Assembly (NCBI GenBank): GCA_964576525.1
Contig: CAZNVH010000056.1
Coordinates: 42,425 to 106,424, forward strand
DNA length: 64,000 bases
Origin: an uncultured Enterobacteriaceae bacterium
Lineage (GTDB): Bacteria; Pseudomonadota; Gammaproteobacteria; Burkholderiales; SG8-39
Direction: 5' to 3'
Positions 1 to 13,310 of this stretch are shown piece after piece (the stretch's first letter is position 1; every line of letters begins with the position of its first letter). The notes under the pieces were generated by a model, which was given only the letters and a program-made list of their open reading frames with translations, was not told the origin of the DNA and did not search any database. The translations under genes were made by a program, and so were the position numbers.

Positions 1-32
1 CTATTCAATTTGCAAGTGAATTTGTCCTGCCG

Positions 33-536
33 ATGGCTCTCCTGAACATCCTGCGCTACCCCGACGCCCGCCTCCACAAGGTCGCCGCTCCTGTCACGGT
101 CTTCGACGAGGGCCTGAAAAAGCTCGTTTCCGACATGGCTGAAACCATGTACGCGGCGCCGGGTATCGGGCTTGCCGCGATACAGGCCGATGTGGCGAAA
201 CAGGTGATCGTGGTGGACGTTTCCGAGAGGCGCGATTCGCTCGTGGTGCTGGTCAACCCGGAGATTCTCGAAGCGAACGGGGTTTCGGACATCGAAGAGG
301 GTTGCCTTTCTGTGCCGGGGATCTACGAGCTGGTCGAGCGCGCCGAGCGCGTGAAGGTGCGCGCGCACGACCAGAACGGCAATCCGTTCACGCTCGAGGC
401 GCAGGGCCTGCTCGCGGTGTGCATCCAGCACGAAATGGATCACCTCCAGGGCAAGGTATTCGTCGAGCACCTCTCGCAGCTGAAGCAGCAGCGCATCCGC
501 GCCAGGCTCGCCAAGCAGCTGCGCAAGACGGCTTGA
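33..536 (+). CDS. def: peptide deformylase
   Basis: 167-aa ORF with the three deformylase motifs ([22 protein letters not shown]). It is followed by fmt, as in most bacteria. Confidence 0.95.
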   Translation: MALLNILRYPDARLHKVAAPVTVFDEGLKKLVSDMAETMYAAPGIGLAAIQADVAKQVIVVDVSERRDSLVVLVNPEILEANGVSDIEEGCLSVPGIYELVERAERVKVRAHDQNGNPFTLEAQGLLAVCIQHEMDHLQGKVFVEHLSQLKQQRIRARLAKQLRKTA

Positions 537-549
537 TCGCTCCGCTTTC

Positions 550-1473
550 CTGCGCCTAGTTTTCGCCGGCACCGCCCCGTTCGCTGAACGGGCTCTGGCG
601 CGCCTGCTCGAGGCGGGCCACGAGGTGGCGCTGGTCCTGACGCAGCCCGATCGTCCCGCGGGCCGCGGCCTGCAGCCCGCGGCGAGCGCGGTGAAACAGC
701 TCGCCCTCAACCGCAGGCTGCCGCTGCTGCAACCCGAAAACCTGAAAGCGCTCGATCCTGTCGGGCGCGTGGCCGCTGTCCGACCGGAGGTGCTGGTGGT
801 CGCCGCCTACGGCCTGATCCTGCCGCAGCGCCTGCTCGACGTCGCTCGCCTGGGGGCGCTCAATATCCACGCGTCGCTCCTGCCTCGCTGGCGCGGGGCA
901 GCGCCGATCCAACGCGCGCTGCTCGCGGGCGACGTCGAAACCGGGATCTCCATCATGCGGATGGACGCGGGTCTGGATACCGGGCCCGTGTTCGCGCAGC
1001 AGCGCGTGGCGATCGCCGCCGCCGAAGATGCCGGCACGCTGCACGACAAGCTCGCGGCGCTCGGCGCCGAGGCTATCGTCGCGACGCTCGCCGAGCTCGA
1101 GGGCGGCCGTGCGCGCACCACGCCGCAGTCGGCGAGCGGCGTTACCTACGCTTCGAAGATCGACAAGCGCGAGACGCGGCTCGACTGGTCGCGCCCGGCC
1201 GTGGAGCTTGAGCGAGCGGTGCGCGCTTTCCGGCCGGCGCCGGGCGCCGCCACCACGCTTGCCGGCGAGCCGGTCAAGATCTGGCGCGCGCGTCTGGTCG
1301 ACGGCCGCGGCGCACCCGGTCTGGTTCTCGAAACGAACAAGGAAGAATTGGTCATTGCCTGCGGCGAACGGGCGCTCGCGGTCGCCGAGTTGCAGCGCGC
1401 CGGCGGGCGGCGGCTGGCGGCAGACGAATTTCTGCGCGGCCGGCCGTTGCCGCCGGGCGCGCGTTTCGCATGA
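550..1473 (+). CDS. fmt: methionyl-tRNA formyltransferase
   Basis: Typical Fmt body (HASLLPRWRGAAPIQRAL). The ORF-track GTG at 625 removes the universally conserved N-terminus (LRLVFAGTAPFAERAL). No in-frame ATG, GTG or TTG lies upstream, so a CTG at 550 is the best start. The start is uncertain. Confidence 0.88.
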   Translation: MRLVFAGTAPFAERALARLLEAGHEVALVLTQPDRPAGRGLQPAASAVKQLALNRRLPLLQPENLKALDPVGRVAAVRPEVLVVAAYGLILPQRLLDVARLGALNIHASLLPRWRGAAPIQRALLAGDVETGISIMRMDAGLDTGPVFAQQRVAIAAAEDAGTLHDKLAALGAEAIVATLAELEGGRARTTPQSASGVTYASKIDKRETRLDWSRPAVELERAVRAFRPAPGAATTLAGEPVKIWRARLVDGRGAPGLVLETNKEELVIACGERALAVAELQRAGGRRLAADEFLRGRPLPPGARFA

Positions 1474-2732
1474 CCGCCCTGGCGTCCGCGCTGCGCGAAG
1501 CGGCGCAGATCGTCGCGCGCGTCGCGACCGGCCGCAGCCTCGCGCAGGAGCTCGAGCGTGCCGGCGAAGGCGAGAGCTCGCGCGCGGCGCTGATCGATTT
1601 CACGCATGGAACGCTGCGCCGCTACGGCCGCGTGCAGGCGATCGTGCGCGAGTTGTCGCGGCGCGGCCCGCCCGAGCCGTTGGTTGAAGCGCTGCTGTGG
1701 TGCTCGCTGTACGCGCTCGAGTCCGGCCGCCATGCGGACTACACCGTGGTCGACCAGGCGGTGCGCGCCTGCGGCATGCTCGAACGCTGGACGGCGAAGG
1801 GCTACGTGAACGCGCTGCTGCGCGCCTTTCTGCGCGAACGGGGCTCACTCGAGGCGCGGATCCAAGCCGACGTCGAAGCGCGGTATCAGCATCCGCGCTG
1901 GTGGATCGATCTGCTGCGCGCGGCGCATCCGGGGCAGTGGGAGGCGGTGCTGGCGTCGGGAAACAATCATCCGCCCATGTGCCTGCGCGTGAACCGGCGC
2001 CGCACCGGGACCGACGACTATCGCGCGCGGCTCGCCGCGGAGGGGATTGCCGCACGCCGCGTCGGCGACGAGGCGCTACTGCTCGAGCGCCCGGTGCCGG
2101 TGGAGCGGCTGCCGGGCTTCGGCGACGGGCAGGTGTCGGTGCAGGACGCCGGCGCGCAGCGCGCCGCCCGCCTGCTCGACCTTGCGCCAGGCCAGCGCGT
2201 GCTCGACGCCTGCGCCGCTCCCGGCGGCAAGGCGGGACATGTCCTCGAAAGCGCGGCGGTCGCCCTGACCGCCCTCGATTCGGATGCGGCGCGCTGCGCG
2301 CGCATGGCGCGTAACCTCGAGCGCCTCGGGCTCGCGGCGCGCATTGCGGCTGCCGATTGCACGCGGCCCGGCGACTGGTGGGACGGGACGCCGTTCGATC
2401 GCATCCTCGCCGACGTGCCCTGCTCGGCGTCGGGCATCGCGCGGCGTCACCCGGACATCAAGTGGCTGCGCCGCGCCGGCGACCTTGCCGCGCTCGCGGC
2501 GCGCCAGGCGGCGATCCTCGACGCGCTTTGGCAGGCGCTTCGCCCCGATGGTAAATTGCTGTATGTCACCTGCTCGGTGTTCCCGCAGGAAAACGACGCC
2601 GTGATCGAGGCATTCCTCGCGCGCGCGCCGCGGGCGCTGCGCCTGCCGTTGTCGGACGCGGCCGCGGCGCAGGGGCTGCCCGACGCCGAGCGCGACGGCT
2701 TCTACTACGCGCTGATCCAGAAGCAGGCCTGA
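1470..2732 (+). CDS. rsmB: 16S rRNA (cytosine967-C5)-methyltransferase
   Basis: 420-aa ORF with an N-terminal NusB-like region and a SAM-methyltransferase core (DACAAPGGK, DRILADVPCSASG). Conserved def-fmt-rsmB order. Confidence 0.92.
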   Translation: MTALASALREAAQIVARVATGRSLAQELERAGEGESSRAALIDFTHGTLRRYGRVQAIVRELSRRGPPEPLVEALLWCSLYALESGRHADYTVVDQAVRACGMLERWTAKGYVNALLRAFLRERGSLEARIQADVEARYQHPRWWIDLLRAAHPGQWEAVLASGNNHPPMCLRVNRRRTGTDDYRARLAAEGIAARRVGDEALLLERPVPVERLPGFGDGQVSVQDAGAQRAARLLDLAPGQRVLDACAAPGGKAGHVLESAAVALTALDSDAARCARMARNLERLGLAARIAAADCTRPGDWWDGTPFDRILADVPCSASGIARRHPDIKWLRRAGDLAALAARQAAILDALWQALRPDGKLLYVTCSVFPQENDAVIEAFLARAPRALRLPLSDAAAAQGLPDAERDGFYYALIQKQA

Positions 2733-2743
2733 CGCCACGCGCG

Positions 2744-3352
2744 ATGCGCGGCATCGCCCTCCTTGCCGGGTTGCTCGCGGTGCTCTCCGCGGGAGCGCCC
2801 GCAGGCGCGCGCGCCGACGAGATCGAAGTGCGCGAGGCGGCGCTGCGCAGCGTCGAGGATGGACTCGCGCTCGACGCCGATTTCGAGTTTGAACTGACGC
2901 CGCGTCTCGCCGAGGTGGTGGCGAACGGCGTGCCGCTGTACTTCCGCGTCGATTTCGAGCTCACGCGGCGGCGATGGTACTGGTTCGACGATCGGGCGGC
3001 GTCGCGGCGCATGCACCTGCGGCTGTCCTATCATGCGCTGTCGCGGCAATACCGGCTTGCGAGCGGAGCGCTGCAGCAGAACTTCCAGACGCTCGACGAG
3101 GCGCTCAACGTGCTCAAGCGCTTGCGCAACTGGCTGGTGGTGGAGCGCACGGTCGGCTTCGCGAACTCGGACTACGAGGCGGCAGTGCGCATGCGCCTGG
3201 ATACCACCCTCCTGCCCAAGCCGTTCCAGCTCTCGGCGCTCACCGGGCGCGATTTCCAGCTCGATTCGCCGTGGAAGCGCTTCACGGTGCGCGCGCCCAA
3301 GCAGCAGCCGGCTCCGGTGGAGACGCGCGCGCTGGAGGAGGCTCCGCGATGA
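2744..3352 (+). CDS. DUF4390 domain-containing periplasmic protein
   Basis: 202-aa ORF with a signal peptide (MRGIALLAGLLAVLSAGAPAGARA). It sits in the position between rsmB and the NtrY-like kinase typical of Betaproteobacteria. Confidence 0.7.
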   Translation: MRGIALLAGLLAVLSAGAPAGARADEIEVREAALRSVEDGLALDADFEFELTPRLAEVVANGVPLYFRVDFELTRRRWYWFDDRAASRRMHLRLSYHALSRQYRLASGALQQNFQTLDEALNVLKRLRNWLVVERTVGFANSDYEAAVRMRLDTTLLPKPFQLSALTGRDFQLDSPWKRFTVRAPKQQPAPVETRALEEAPR

Positions 3353-5424
3353 AATGGCTGGTGATCGTCGGCGGTGCGGTCGCCGCGGTCGGGCTGTTCC
3401 TGCTCGCCACGGCGAGCAGCGATACCACGCTTTTTGCGCGGCACTATCCACTGCTGCTCGGCCTGAACGCCGCGCTCGCCGTGTTGTTCGCGGCGCTCGT
3501 CGCCTACCAGCTGGTCGTGCTGGTACGGCGGCACCGGGCGCGCGTGTTCGGCTCGCGCCTCACGCTGCGGCTGCTGTTGCGCTTCGCCACGCTGGCAGTG
3601 GTGCCCGGGCTGATCGTCTACGCGGTCTCGGTGCAGTTCCTGACGCGATCGATCGAGTCCTGGTTCGACGTCAAGGTCGACGCCGCGCTCGAGGGCGGCA
3701 TCAAGCTCGGCCAGCAGGTCATCGACCAGATGATGCTCGACCTGCAAGGCAAGGCGAACGCGATGGCGCTCGAGCTCGCCGACCGCGGGCCGGCGGAGGC
3801 GGCGGGCCAGCTCGAGCGCCTGCGCGGCCAGCTCGGCGTGGACGAGGCGGTACTGGTCACCGGCAGCGGTCGCCTGGTGGCGAGCGCGGGGCGCGACGTG
3901 ACCCGGCTCGTGCCCGAGCTGCCCACCGGGCAGGCGCTGCGCCAGGCGCGCGCGAACCGCGGCTACACGGCGGTCGACACGGCAGTCGGGCGGCCCCTCG
4001 CGCTGCGCGTAGTGGTGCCGGTCGACATGCCCGGCCTGGGCGGCGAGGCGCGCTTCCTGCAGGTGCGCCAGAGCGTGCCGGCCTCGATTGCGCGCAGCGC
4101 CGAGGCGGTCGAAGCGGCCTACCGCGACTACCGCGAGCTGGCGATCTCGCGCGAGGGTCTGAAACGCATCTACATCGTGACGCTGACCTTCGCGTTGCTG
4201 ATGGCGCTGTTCGTCGGCGTGGCGGTGGCCGTGACCCAGTCGGGCCTGCTCGCCGAGCCGCTCGCCAACCTGGCGCAGGCGATGCAGGCGGTGGCGCGCG
4301 GCGATCTGTCGCGGCGCGCCCCGGTGCGCAGCCGTGACGAGCTCGGCGTGCTCACCGAGTCGTTCAACTCCATGACCCGCCAGCTGGAGGAGGCGCGCCA
4401 CGGCGTCGAGGCGAACCGCCTCGCCCTCGAAGCCGCCAAGGTGCGCCTGGAGAACATTCTCGCCAACCTGTCGGCCGGCGTGCTGGTGTTCGACCACGAG
4501 TTGCTACTGTCAATCTCGAACCACGGCGCGGCGGCGATCCTGGGTGGCGAGCTCGACGCCTTCGCCGCGCGCGTGCGCGAGCAGTTCGCCGCGGCGGGCG
4601 AGCACGACTGGCAACTCGAGCTGCAGCTCAAAGGCACCGGCAAGACGCTGCACGCCCGCGGCGCGCGCCTGCCGCAAGCGACCGGCGGCGGCTCGGTGGT
4701 GGTGTTCGACGACGTCACGCAGTTGATCCAGGCGCAGCGCGCCACCGCCTGGGCGGAAGTGGCGCGCCGCCTGGCGCACGAGATCAAGAACCCGCTCACC
4801 CCGATACGCCTGTCGGCCGAGCGGCTCGAAATGAAGCTCGGCGGGCGCCTGCCGCCCGAGGACGCCGAGACCCTGAGGCACTCGACCGAGACCATCGTCA
4901 ACCAGGTCGCGGCGCTCAAGGCGATGGTGGACGACTTCACCGACTACGCGCGGCTGCCGGCGCCCGTGCCGCAGCCGCTCGACCTGAACGCCCTGGTACG
5001 CCAGGTGCTGGCGCTGTACGAGAACTCGACCGCGCCGATCGCCCGGCAGCTCGCCGAGCCGCTGCCGCCGGTGTGGGCCGACAGCGCGCAGATCCGGCAA
5101 GTGATCCACAATCTGGTGCAGAACGCGCAGGATGCGCTCGAGAACCAGCCGGCTCGCGGCTCGAGCCCGGCGATCGAGGTGCGCACCGAGCTCGCCGGCG
5201 ACCGCGTCCGGCTCGCGGTCTCCGACAACGGCGGCGGTTTTCCAGAGGAGCTGATGGCGCGCATTTTCGAGCCCTACGTCACCACCAAGCCGCGCGGCAC
5301 CGGTCTTGGCCTCGCCATCGTCAAGAAGATCGTCGACGAGCATCACGGCACGGTGGCGATCGAGAACCGCCCGAGCCGGGGCGCGTCGGTCAGCGTGCTC
5401 CTGCCGCTGGCGAAGGCGGCCTAG
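3349..5424 (+). CDS. NtrY-like sensor histidine kinase (TM-HAMP-PAS-HisKA-HATPase)
   Basis: The real start is the ATG at 3349 (MKWLVIVGG), in an ATGA overlap with the upstream gene. H-box HEIKNPLTPI and N/G boxes (NLVQNAQDAL, DNGGGF, GTGLGLAIV) are present. The 816-aa track ORF is an upstream extension. Confidence 0.9.
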   Translation: MKWLVIVGGAVAAVGLFLLATASSDTTLFARHYPLLLGLNAALAVLFAALVAYQLVVLVRRHRARVFGSRLTLRLLLRFATLAVVPGLIVYAVSVQFLTRSIESWFDVKVDAALEGGIKLGQQVIDQMMLDLQGKANAMALELADRGPAEAAGQLERLRGQLGVDEAVLVTGSGRLVASAGRDVTRLVPELPTGQALRQARANRGYTAVDTAVGRPLALRVVVPVDMPGLGGEARFLQVRQSVPASIARSAEAVEAAYRDYRELAISREGLKRIYIVTLTFALLMALFVGVAVAVTQSGLLAEPLANLAQAMQAVARGDLSRRAPVRSRDELGVLTESFNSMTRQLEEARHGVEANRLALEAAKVRLENILANLSAGVLVFDHELLLSISNHGAAAILGGELDAFAARVREQFAAAGEHDWQLELQLKGTGKTLHARGARLPQATGGGSVVVFDDVTQLIQAQRATAWAEVARRLAHEIKNPLTPIRLSAERLEMKLGGRLPPEDAETLRHSTETIVNQVAALKAMVDDFTDYARLPAPVPQPLDLNALVRQVLALYENSTAPIARQLAEPLPPVWADSAQIRQVIHNLVQNAQDALENQPARGSSPAIEVRTELAGDRVRLAVSDNGGGFPEELMARIFEPYVTTKPRGTGLGLAIVKKIVDEHHGTVAIENRPSRGASVSVLLPLAKAA

Positions 5425-5425
5425 C

Positions 5426-6670
5426 GTGGCGCAAATCCTGGTCGTCGACGACGAGGTCGGCATCCGCGAGCTGCTCTCCGAGATCCTCGCCGACGAGGGC
5501 CACCAGGTGATGCTCGCCGACAGCGCCGGCGCGGCGCGCCGGCTGCGCGAGCGCGCCCGTCCCGACCTGGTGCTGCTCGACATCTGGATGCCGGACGCCG
5601 ACGGCATCACGCTGCTCAAGGAATGGGCGGCGAGCGGGCAGCTCACCATGCCGGTGGTGATGATGTCCGGGCACGGCACCATCGAGACCGCGGTCGAGGC
5701 CACGCGCATCGGCGCGCTCGACTTCCTGGAGAAGCCGATCGCGCTGCAGCGCCTGCTGGCGACGGTGAAGCGCGCGCTGCGCAGCCCGGAAACCGCCGCC
5801 GCGCCCGAGCTGTCGATCGGCGCCCTGGGCCGCTCGCCGGCCCTCGCCGACGCGAAGAAGCGGCTGGCGCAGCTCGCCCAGTCGGGCGCGCCGCTGCTGC
5901 TGCGCGGCGAGCGCGGCACGCGCGCCGAGCTTTTCGCGCGGCTGCTCGCGGCGCCCGGCGCGCCGTTCCTCGCCGGCGCCGAGCTGCTGTCGCAGCCGCC
6001 CTCGGAGCTGCTCGCCAAGGCCGGCGGCGGCATCCTGTTCATCGCCGACCTGAGCCGCCTGGGGCACGCCGAGCAGCGCAACCTCGAGTTCCTGCTGCCG
6101 CGCGCCGAGAAGCACCGCGTGCGGCTGGTGTCGTTCTCGCCCGTCGACGCGCGCAGCCTCTCGGACAAGCACGGCTTCGACGCCGAGCTCGGTGCGCGGC
6201 TCGGAGAGCTCACGCTCAAGCTGCCGGCGGTGCGCGAGTTCGCCGAAGACGTGCCCGACCTCGCTTCGCTGATGCTGGCGCAACTGGTCGAGGTACGCGC
6301 CTGTCCGGCGCGGCGCTTCGCGATCGCCGCCCTGAACGCGCTGCGCCACTACGGCTGGCCGGGCAACCTGGCCGAGCTCGAGAGCGTGGTCAAGGACCTG
6401 GCGCTGAGCGCGCTCGAGGAGGAGATCCAGCTCGAGGACGTCGAGCGCGTGATCGCCGCGCGCGGCTCGCCGGGAGCGCTGCCCGAGGTGGCGTTCGACC
6501 GCCCCTACCGCGAAGCCCGCGAGGCCTTCGAGCGCGTGTATTTCGAGCACCTGCTGGTGCGCGAGCACGGCAGCATGTCGCGCGTCGCCGAGCGCTCCGG
6601 CCTGGAGCGCACGCACCTGTATCGCAAGCTGAAGGCGCTCGGCCTGCCGGTCGGACGGCGCGAGGAATGA
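5426..6670 (+). CDS. NtrX-like response regulator (REC, degenerate AAA+ domain, Fis-type HTH)
   Basis: GTG start at 5426 (VAQILVVDDEVGIRELL). The receiver domain has DIWMPDADG. The central domain resembles sigma-54 activators but carries GERGTRAE instead of GESGTGKE and FIADL instead of FLDEI. The C-terminal HTH is SRVAERSGLERTHLYRKLK. Confidence 0.85.
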   Translation: MAQILVVDDEVGIRELLSEILADEGHQVMLADSAGAARRLRERARPDLVLLDIWMPDADGITLLKEWAASGQLTMPVVMMSGHGTIETAVEATRIGALDFLEKPIALQRLLATVKRALRSPETAAAPELSIGALGRSPALADAKKRLAQLAQSGAPLLLRGERGTRAELFARLLAAPGAPFLAGAELLSQPPSELLAKAGGGILFIADLSRLGHAEQRNLEFLLPRAEKHRVRLVSFSPVDARSLSDKHGFDAELGARLGELTLKLPAVREFAEDVPDLASLMLAQLVEVRACPARRFAIAALNALRHYGWPGNLAELESVVKDLALSALEEEIQLEDVERVIAARGSPGALPEVAFDRPYREAREAFERVYFEHLLVREHGSMSRVAERSGLERTHLYRKLKALGLPVGRREE

Positions 6671-8040
6671 AGATCGTGATCCTCGGTGCCGGGCAAGTGG
6701 GCAGCTCGGTCGCCGAGAGTCTGGTGTCCGAGCAGAACGACATCACCGTGGTCGACCTCGAGCCGCAGCGGCTGCGCGCGCTGCAGGACCGCCTGGACCT
6801 GCGCACCGTCATCGGCAGCGGCGCGCACCCCTCGATCCTGGTCGAGGCCGGCATCGAGGACGCCGACCTGCTGATCGCGGTAACGCAGTCGGACGAGACC
6901 AACCTGGTGGCCTGCCGCCTGGCGTCGCGGCTGTTCAACGTGCCGCGGCGCATCGCGCGCATCCGCGCCACCGACTACCTCGCCAACCAGAAGGTCCTCG
7001 ACCCCGACGGCTTCGACGTCGACCTGGCGATTTGCCCGGAGCAGGTGCTCACCGACTACATCGTCAAGCTGATCGAGTTTCCGGAGGCGCTGCAGGTGCT
7101 CGATTTCGCCAACGGCAAGGTCAGCCTGGTCGCGGTGCGCGCGTTCAGCGGCGGGCCGCTGGTCGGCCGGCCGCTGAAAGAGCTCCCCAGGCACATGCCG
7201 GGCGTCGAGGCGCGCATCGTCGCCATCTTTCGCGGCGACCGTTCGATCGTTCCCGACGGCGACAGCGTGATCGAGCCCGGCGACGAGGTGTTCTGCCTCG
7301 CGGCTTCGGCGCACATCCGCGAGGTGATGCGCGAGCTGCGTCGCATGGACCGCCCGGTGAAGTGCGTGATGATCGCCGGCGGCGGCAACATCGGCCTGCG
7401 CCTGGCGCAGGCGCTGGAGCGCGACTACTCGGTGCGCGTGATCGAGCACAACAAAGGACGCTGCGCGACCCTCGCCGCGCAACTCGGCGCGGCGCTGGTG
7501 CTGAACGGCGACACCACCGACGAAGGGCTGCTCGAGGATGAGAACATCGGCGAAATGGACCTGTTCGTCGCCGTCACCAACGACGACGAGAACAACATCA
7601 TGAGCTCGCTGCTCGCGAAGCGCATGGGCGCGCGCCGCGTGGTGTCGCTGATCAACCGGCGCTCCTATGTCGACCTGCTGCAGTCGGGGCAGATCGACAT
7701 CGCCATCTCGCCGGCGCAGGCAACGATTGGCACGCTGCTCGCGCACGTGCGCCGCGGTGACATCGTCGCGGTGCACAGCCTGCGGCGCGGCGCCGCCGAG
7801 GCGCTCGAGGCGATCGTGCACGGGGACCGCGAAGCCTGCCGCGTGACCGACCGGCGCATCGACGAGATCGACCTGCCGGTGGGCACGACCATCGGAGCGG
7901 TGGTGCGCGGCGACGAGGTGATCATGACCCACCACGACACCGTGATCCGCGCCGAGGACCACGTCATCGTGTTCGTCACGGACAAGAAGACGCTGCCCCG
8001 GGTGGAGCGGCTGTTTCAGGTCGGCGTCGGGTTCCTGTAG
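6667..8040 (+). CDS. trkA: Trk system potassium uptake protein TrkA
   Basis: Starts MKIVILGAGQVGSSVAESL, a Rossmann GxGxxG. A second RCK-N repeat is present (VMIAGGGNIGLRLA). ATGA overlap with the upstream regulator gene. Confidence 0.93.
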   Translation: MKIVILGAGQVGSSVAESLVSEQNDITVVDLEPQRLRALQDRLDLRTVIGSGAHPSILVEAGIEDADLLIAVTQSDETNLVACRLASRLFNVPRRIARIRATDYLANQKVLDPDGFDVDLAICPEQVLTDYIVKLIEFPEALQVLDFANGKVSLVAVRAFSGGPLVGRPLKELPRHMPGVEARIVAIFRGDRSIVPDGDSVIEPGDEVFCLAASAHIREVMRELRRMDRPVKCVMIAGGGNIGLRLAQALERDYSVRVIEHNKGRCATLAAQLGAALVLNGDTTDEGLLEDENIGEMDLFVAVTNDDENNIMSSLLAKRMGARRVVSLINRRSYVDLLQSGQIDIAISPAQATIGTLLAHVRRGDIVAVHSLRRGAAEALEAIVHGDREACRVTDRRIDEIDLPVGTTIGAVVRGDEVIMTHHDTVIRAEDHVIVFVTDKKTLPRVERLFQVGVGFL

Positions 8041-8045
8041 CGCCC

Positions 8046-9500
8046 ATGCGGCTGGCCGCGGTCCTGAACCTGCTGGCGGCGGTGCTGGTGCTGTTCGCCG
8101 GGAGCATGGCGCTGCCCTGGGGCCTGTCCTATGCGCTCGCCGACGGCGCGCAGCGCGCCTTCGGCCTGGCGCTCGCGATAACCCTCGGCGTGGGCCTAGC
8201 GCTGTGGTTCGCGACGCGCTACGACCGCCGCGAGCTGCAGGTGCGCGACGGCTTCCTCCTCGTCGGCCTGGTGTGGACGGTGCTGCCGGCGTTTGCCACC
8301 CTGCCCCTGATGCTCAGCCTGCCGCGGCTGGGGTTCACCGACGCCTACTTCGAGGCGGTCTCGGGACTGACCGCGAGCGGCGCCACGGTGCTGAGCGGGC
8401 TCGACGCTTTGCCCCCTTCGGTGAACCTGTGGCGCGGCTTCATGATCTGGCTGGGCGGTATGGGGGTGATCGTGCTGGCGGTGGCGATCCTGCCGCTCCT
8501 GGGCGTCGGCGGCAGCCAGCTGTTCAAGGCCGAGACGCCGACCCCGATGAAGGACACCAAGCTCACCCCGCGCATCGCCGAGACGGCCAAGGGGCTGTGG
8601 CTGGTGTACTTCGGCCTGACCGCCGCCTGCTTCGGCGCCTACCGCGCCGCCGGCATGACCTGGCTCGACGCACTGATGCATGCGTTTACCACCATGGGGC
8701 TGGGCGGCTTCTCGACGCACGACGCGAGCTTCGCGCACTGGGACTCGCTCGCCATCGAGCTGGTCGCCATCGCCTTCATGCTGGTCGCGGCGATCAACTT
8801 CGCCACCCATTTCCTCGCCTGGCGCCGGCTGAGCCTGCAGCCTTACCGCGCCGACCCCGAGGCGCCGGTGTTCATCGCCGTGCTGGCGGTATCGGTCGCC
8901 GCCATCGCCGGCTACCTGCTGCTGCACGGCGTCTACGACGACTACTGGACGGCGCTGCGCTATGCCGCGTTCAACGTGGTGTCGGTGGCCACCACGACCG
9001 GCTACGCGAGCACCGACTACGACCGCTGGCCGATCTTCGTGCCGCTGTGGATGCTGCTGCTGTCGAGCTTCGCCAGCTGCTCGGGCTCGACCGGCAGCGG
9101 CATCAAGATGGTGCGTGCCCAGATCCTGTTCAAGCAGGTGCTGCGCGAGCTGCTGCGCATCATCCACCCTCGGGTTTACTCGCCGGTCAAGCTGGGGACC
9201 CGCCCGGTGGCGAATGCCACGGTGTTCGCCGTGCTCGGCTACATCTTCGTCTACGTCGCGAGCATCGTGGTGATCACGCTACTGCTGACGGCGTCAGGAC
9301 TCGACGTGGTGACCGGATTCTCGGCCGCGGTGGCATCGCTCAACAACACCGGCCCGGGCCTCGCGCAGGTCGGGCCGGCGACGACCTACGCCGCGCTCAA
9401 CGACCTGCAGACCTGGATCTGCAGCTTCGCCATGCTGCTCGGCCGCCTGGAGCTGTTCACGCTGTTCGTGCTGCTTACGCCGGCGTTCTGGCGCAGGTGA
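8046..9500 (+). CDS. trkH: Trk system potassium uptake protein TrkH
   Basis: 484-aa polytopic membrane protein with TrkH-type selectivity-like motifs (TASGAT, TTMGLGGFS, ATTTGYA, NNTGPG). Adjacent to trkA. Confidence 0.92.
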   Translation: MRLAAVLNLLAAVLVLFAGSMALPWGLSYALADGAQRAFGLALAITLGVGLALWFATRYDRRELQVRDGFLLVGLVWTVLPAFATLPLMLSLPRLGFTDAYFEAVSGLTASGATVLSGLDALPPSVNLWRGFMIWLGGMGVIVLAVAILPLLGVGGSQLFKAETPTPMKDTKLTPRIAETAKGLWLVYFGLTAACFGAYRAAGMTWLDALMHAFTTMGLGGFSTHDASFAHWDSLAIELVAIAFMLVAAINFATHFLAWRRLSLQPYRADPEAPVFIAVLAVSVAAIAGYLLLHGVYDDYWTALRYAAFNVVSVATTTGYASTDYDRWPIFVPLWMLLLSSFASCSGSTGSGIKMVRAQILFKQVLRELLRIIHPRVYSPVKLGTRPVANATVFAVLGYIFVYVASIVVITLLLTASGLDVVTGFSAAVASLNNTGPGLAQVGPATTYAALNDLQTWICSFAMLLGRLELFTLFVLLTPAFWRR

Positions 9501-9506
9501 ACCCGC

Positions 9507-9608
9507 TCAGCGCGGCTTCTTGACCTTCTTGACGCGCTGCGGCCGCTTCTTGCCGTAGCTACCCTTGTAGATCTTGCCCTTGCGCGTGCGCTTGTCGCCT
9601 TTTCCCAT
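9507..9608 (-). CDS. 30S ribosomal protein THX
   Basis: My own translation of the minus strand gives MGKGDKRTRKGKIYKGSYGKKRPQRVKKVKKPR*, which matches the Thermus-type Thx signature [20 protein letters not shown]. It is too short for the ORF track. The 76-aa track ORF 9386..9616 is in a different frame. Confidence 0.85.
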   Translation of the reverse strand: MGKGDKRTRKGKIYKGSYGKKRPQRVKKVKKPR

Positions 9609-9622
9609 GCGCCCAATTATAG

Positions 9623-13303
<3,681 letters not shown>

Positions 13304-13310
13304 CGGTCCC

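Noticed and set aside
2974-3348. Long N-terminal extensions of track ORFs (for example 2974..5424, 5306..6670, 5623..8040, 30481..32334, 42138..43703, 44269..46230).
   Set aside because: The extensions overlap the preceding, well-supported genes in another frame. In each case the recognisable protein starts at an internal ATG or GTG immediately after the upstream stop.
4510-6219. 569-aa minus-strand ORF, and similar long ORFs: 21858..23861(-), 32688..34784(-), 34726..36417(-), 42252..43850(-), 43748..45307(-), 58582..60252(-), 50799..52754(+), 20378..21826(+), 27966..29777(+).
   Set aside because: Each lies antisense to, or out of frame with, a gene that has unmistakable family motifs. Their translations are Arg/Ala/Gly/Pro-rich low-complexity sequence, typical of shadow frames in GC-rich DNA.
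9386-9616. 76-aa track ORF (TTG start) overlapping the trkH 3' end.
   Set aside because: It is in a different frame from the 33-codon ORF that gives a clean Thx ribosomal protein sequence, and its product is Arg/Ser-rich with no recognisable features.
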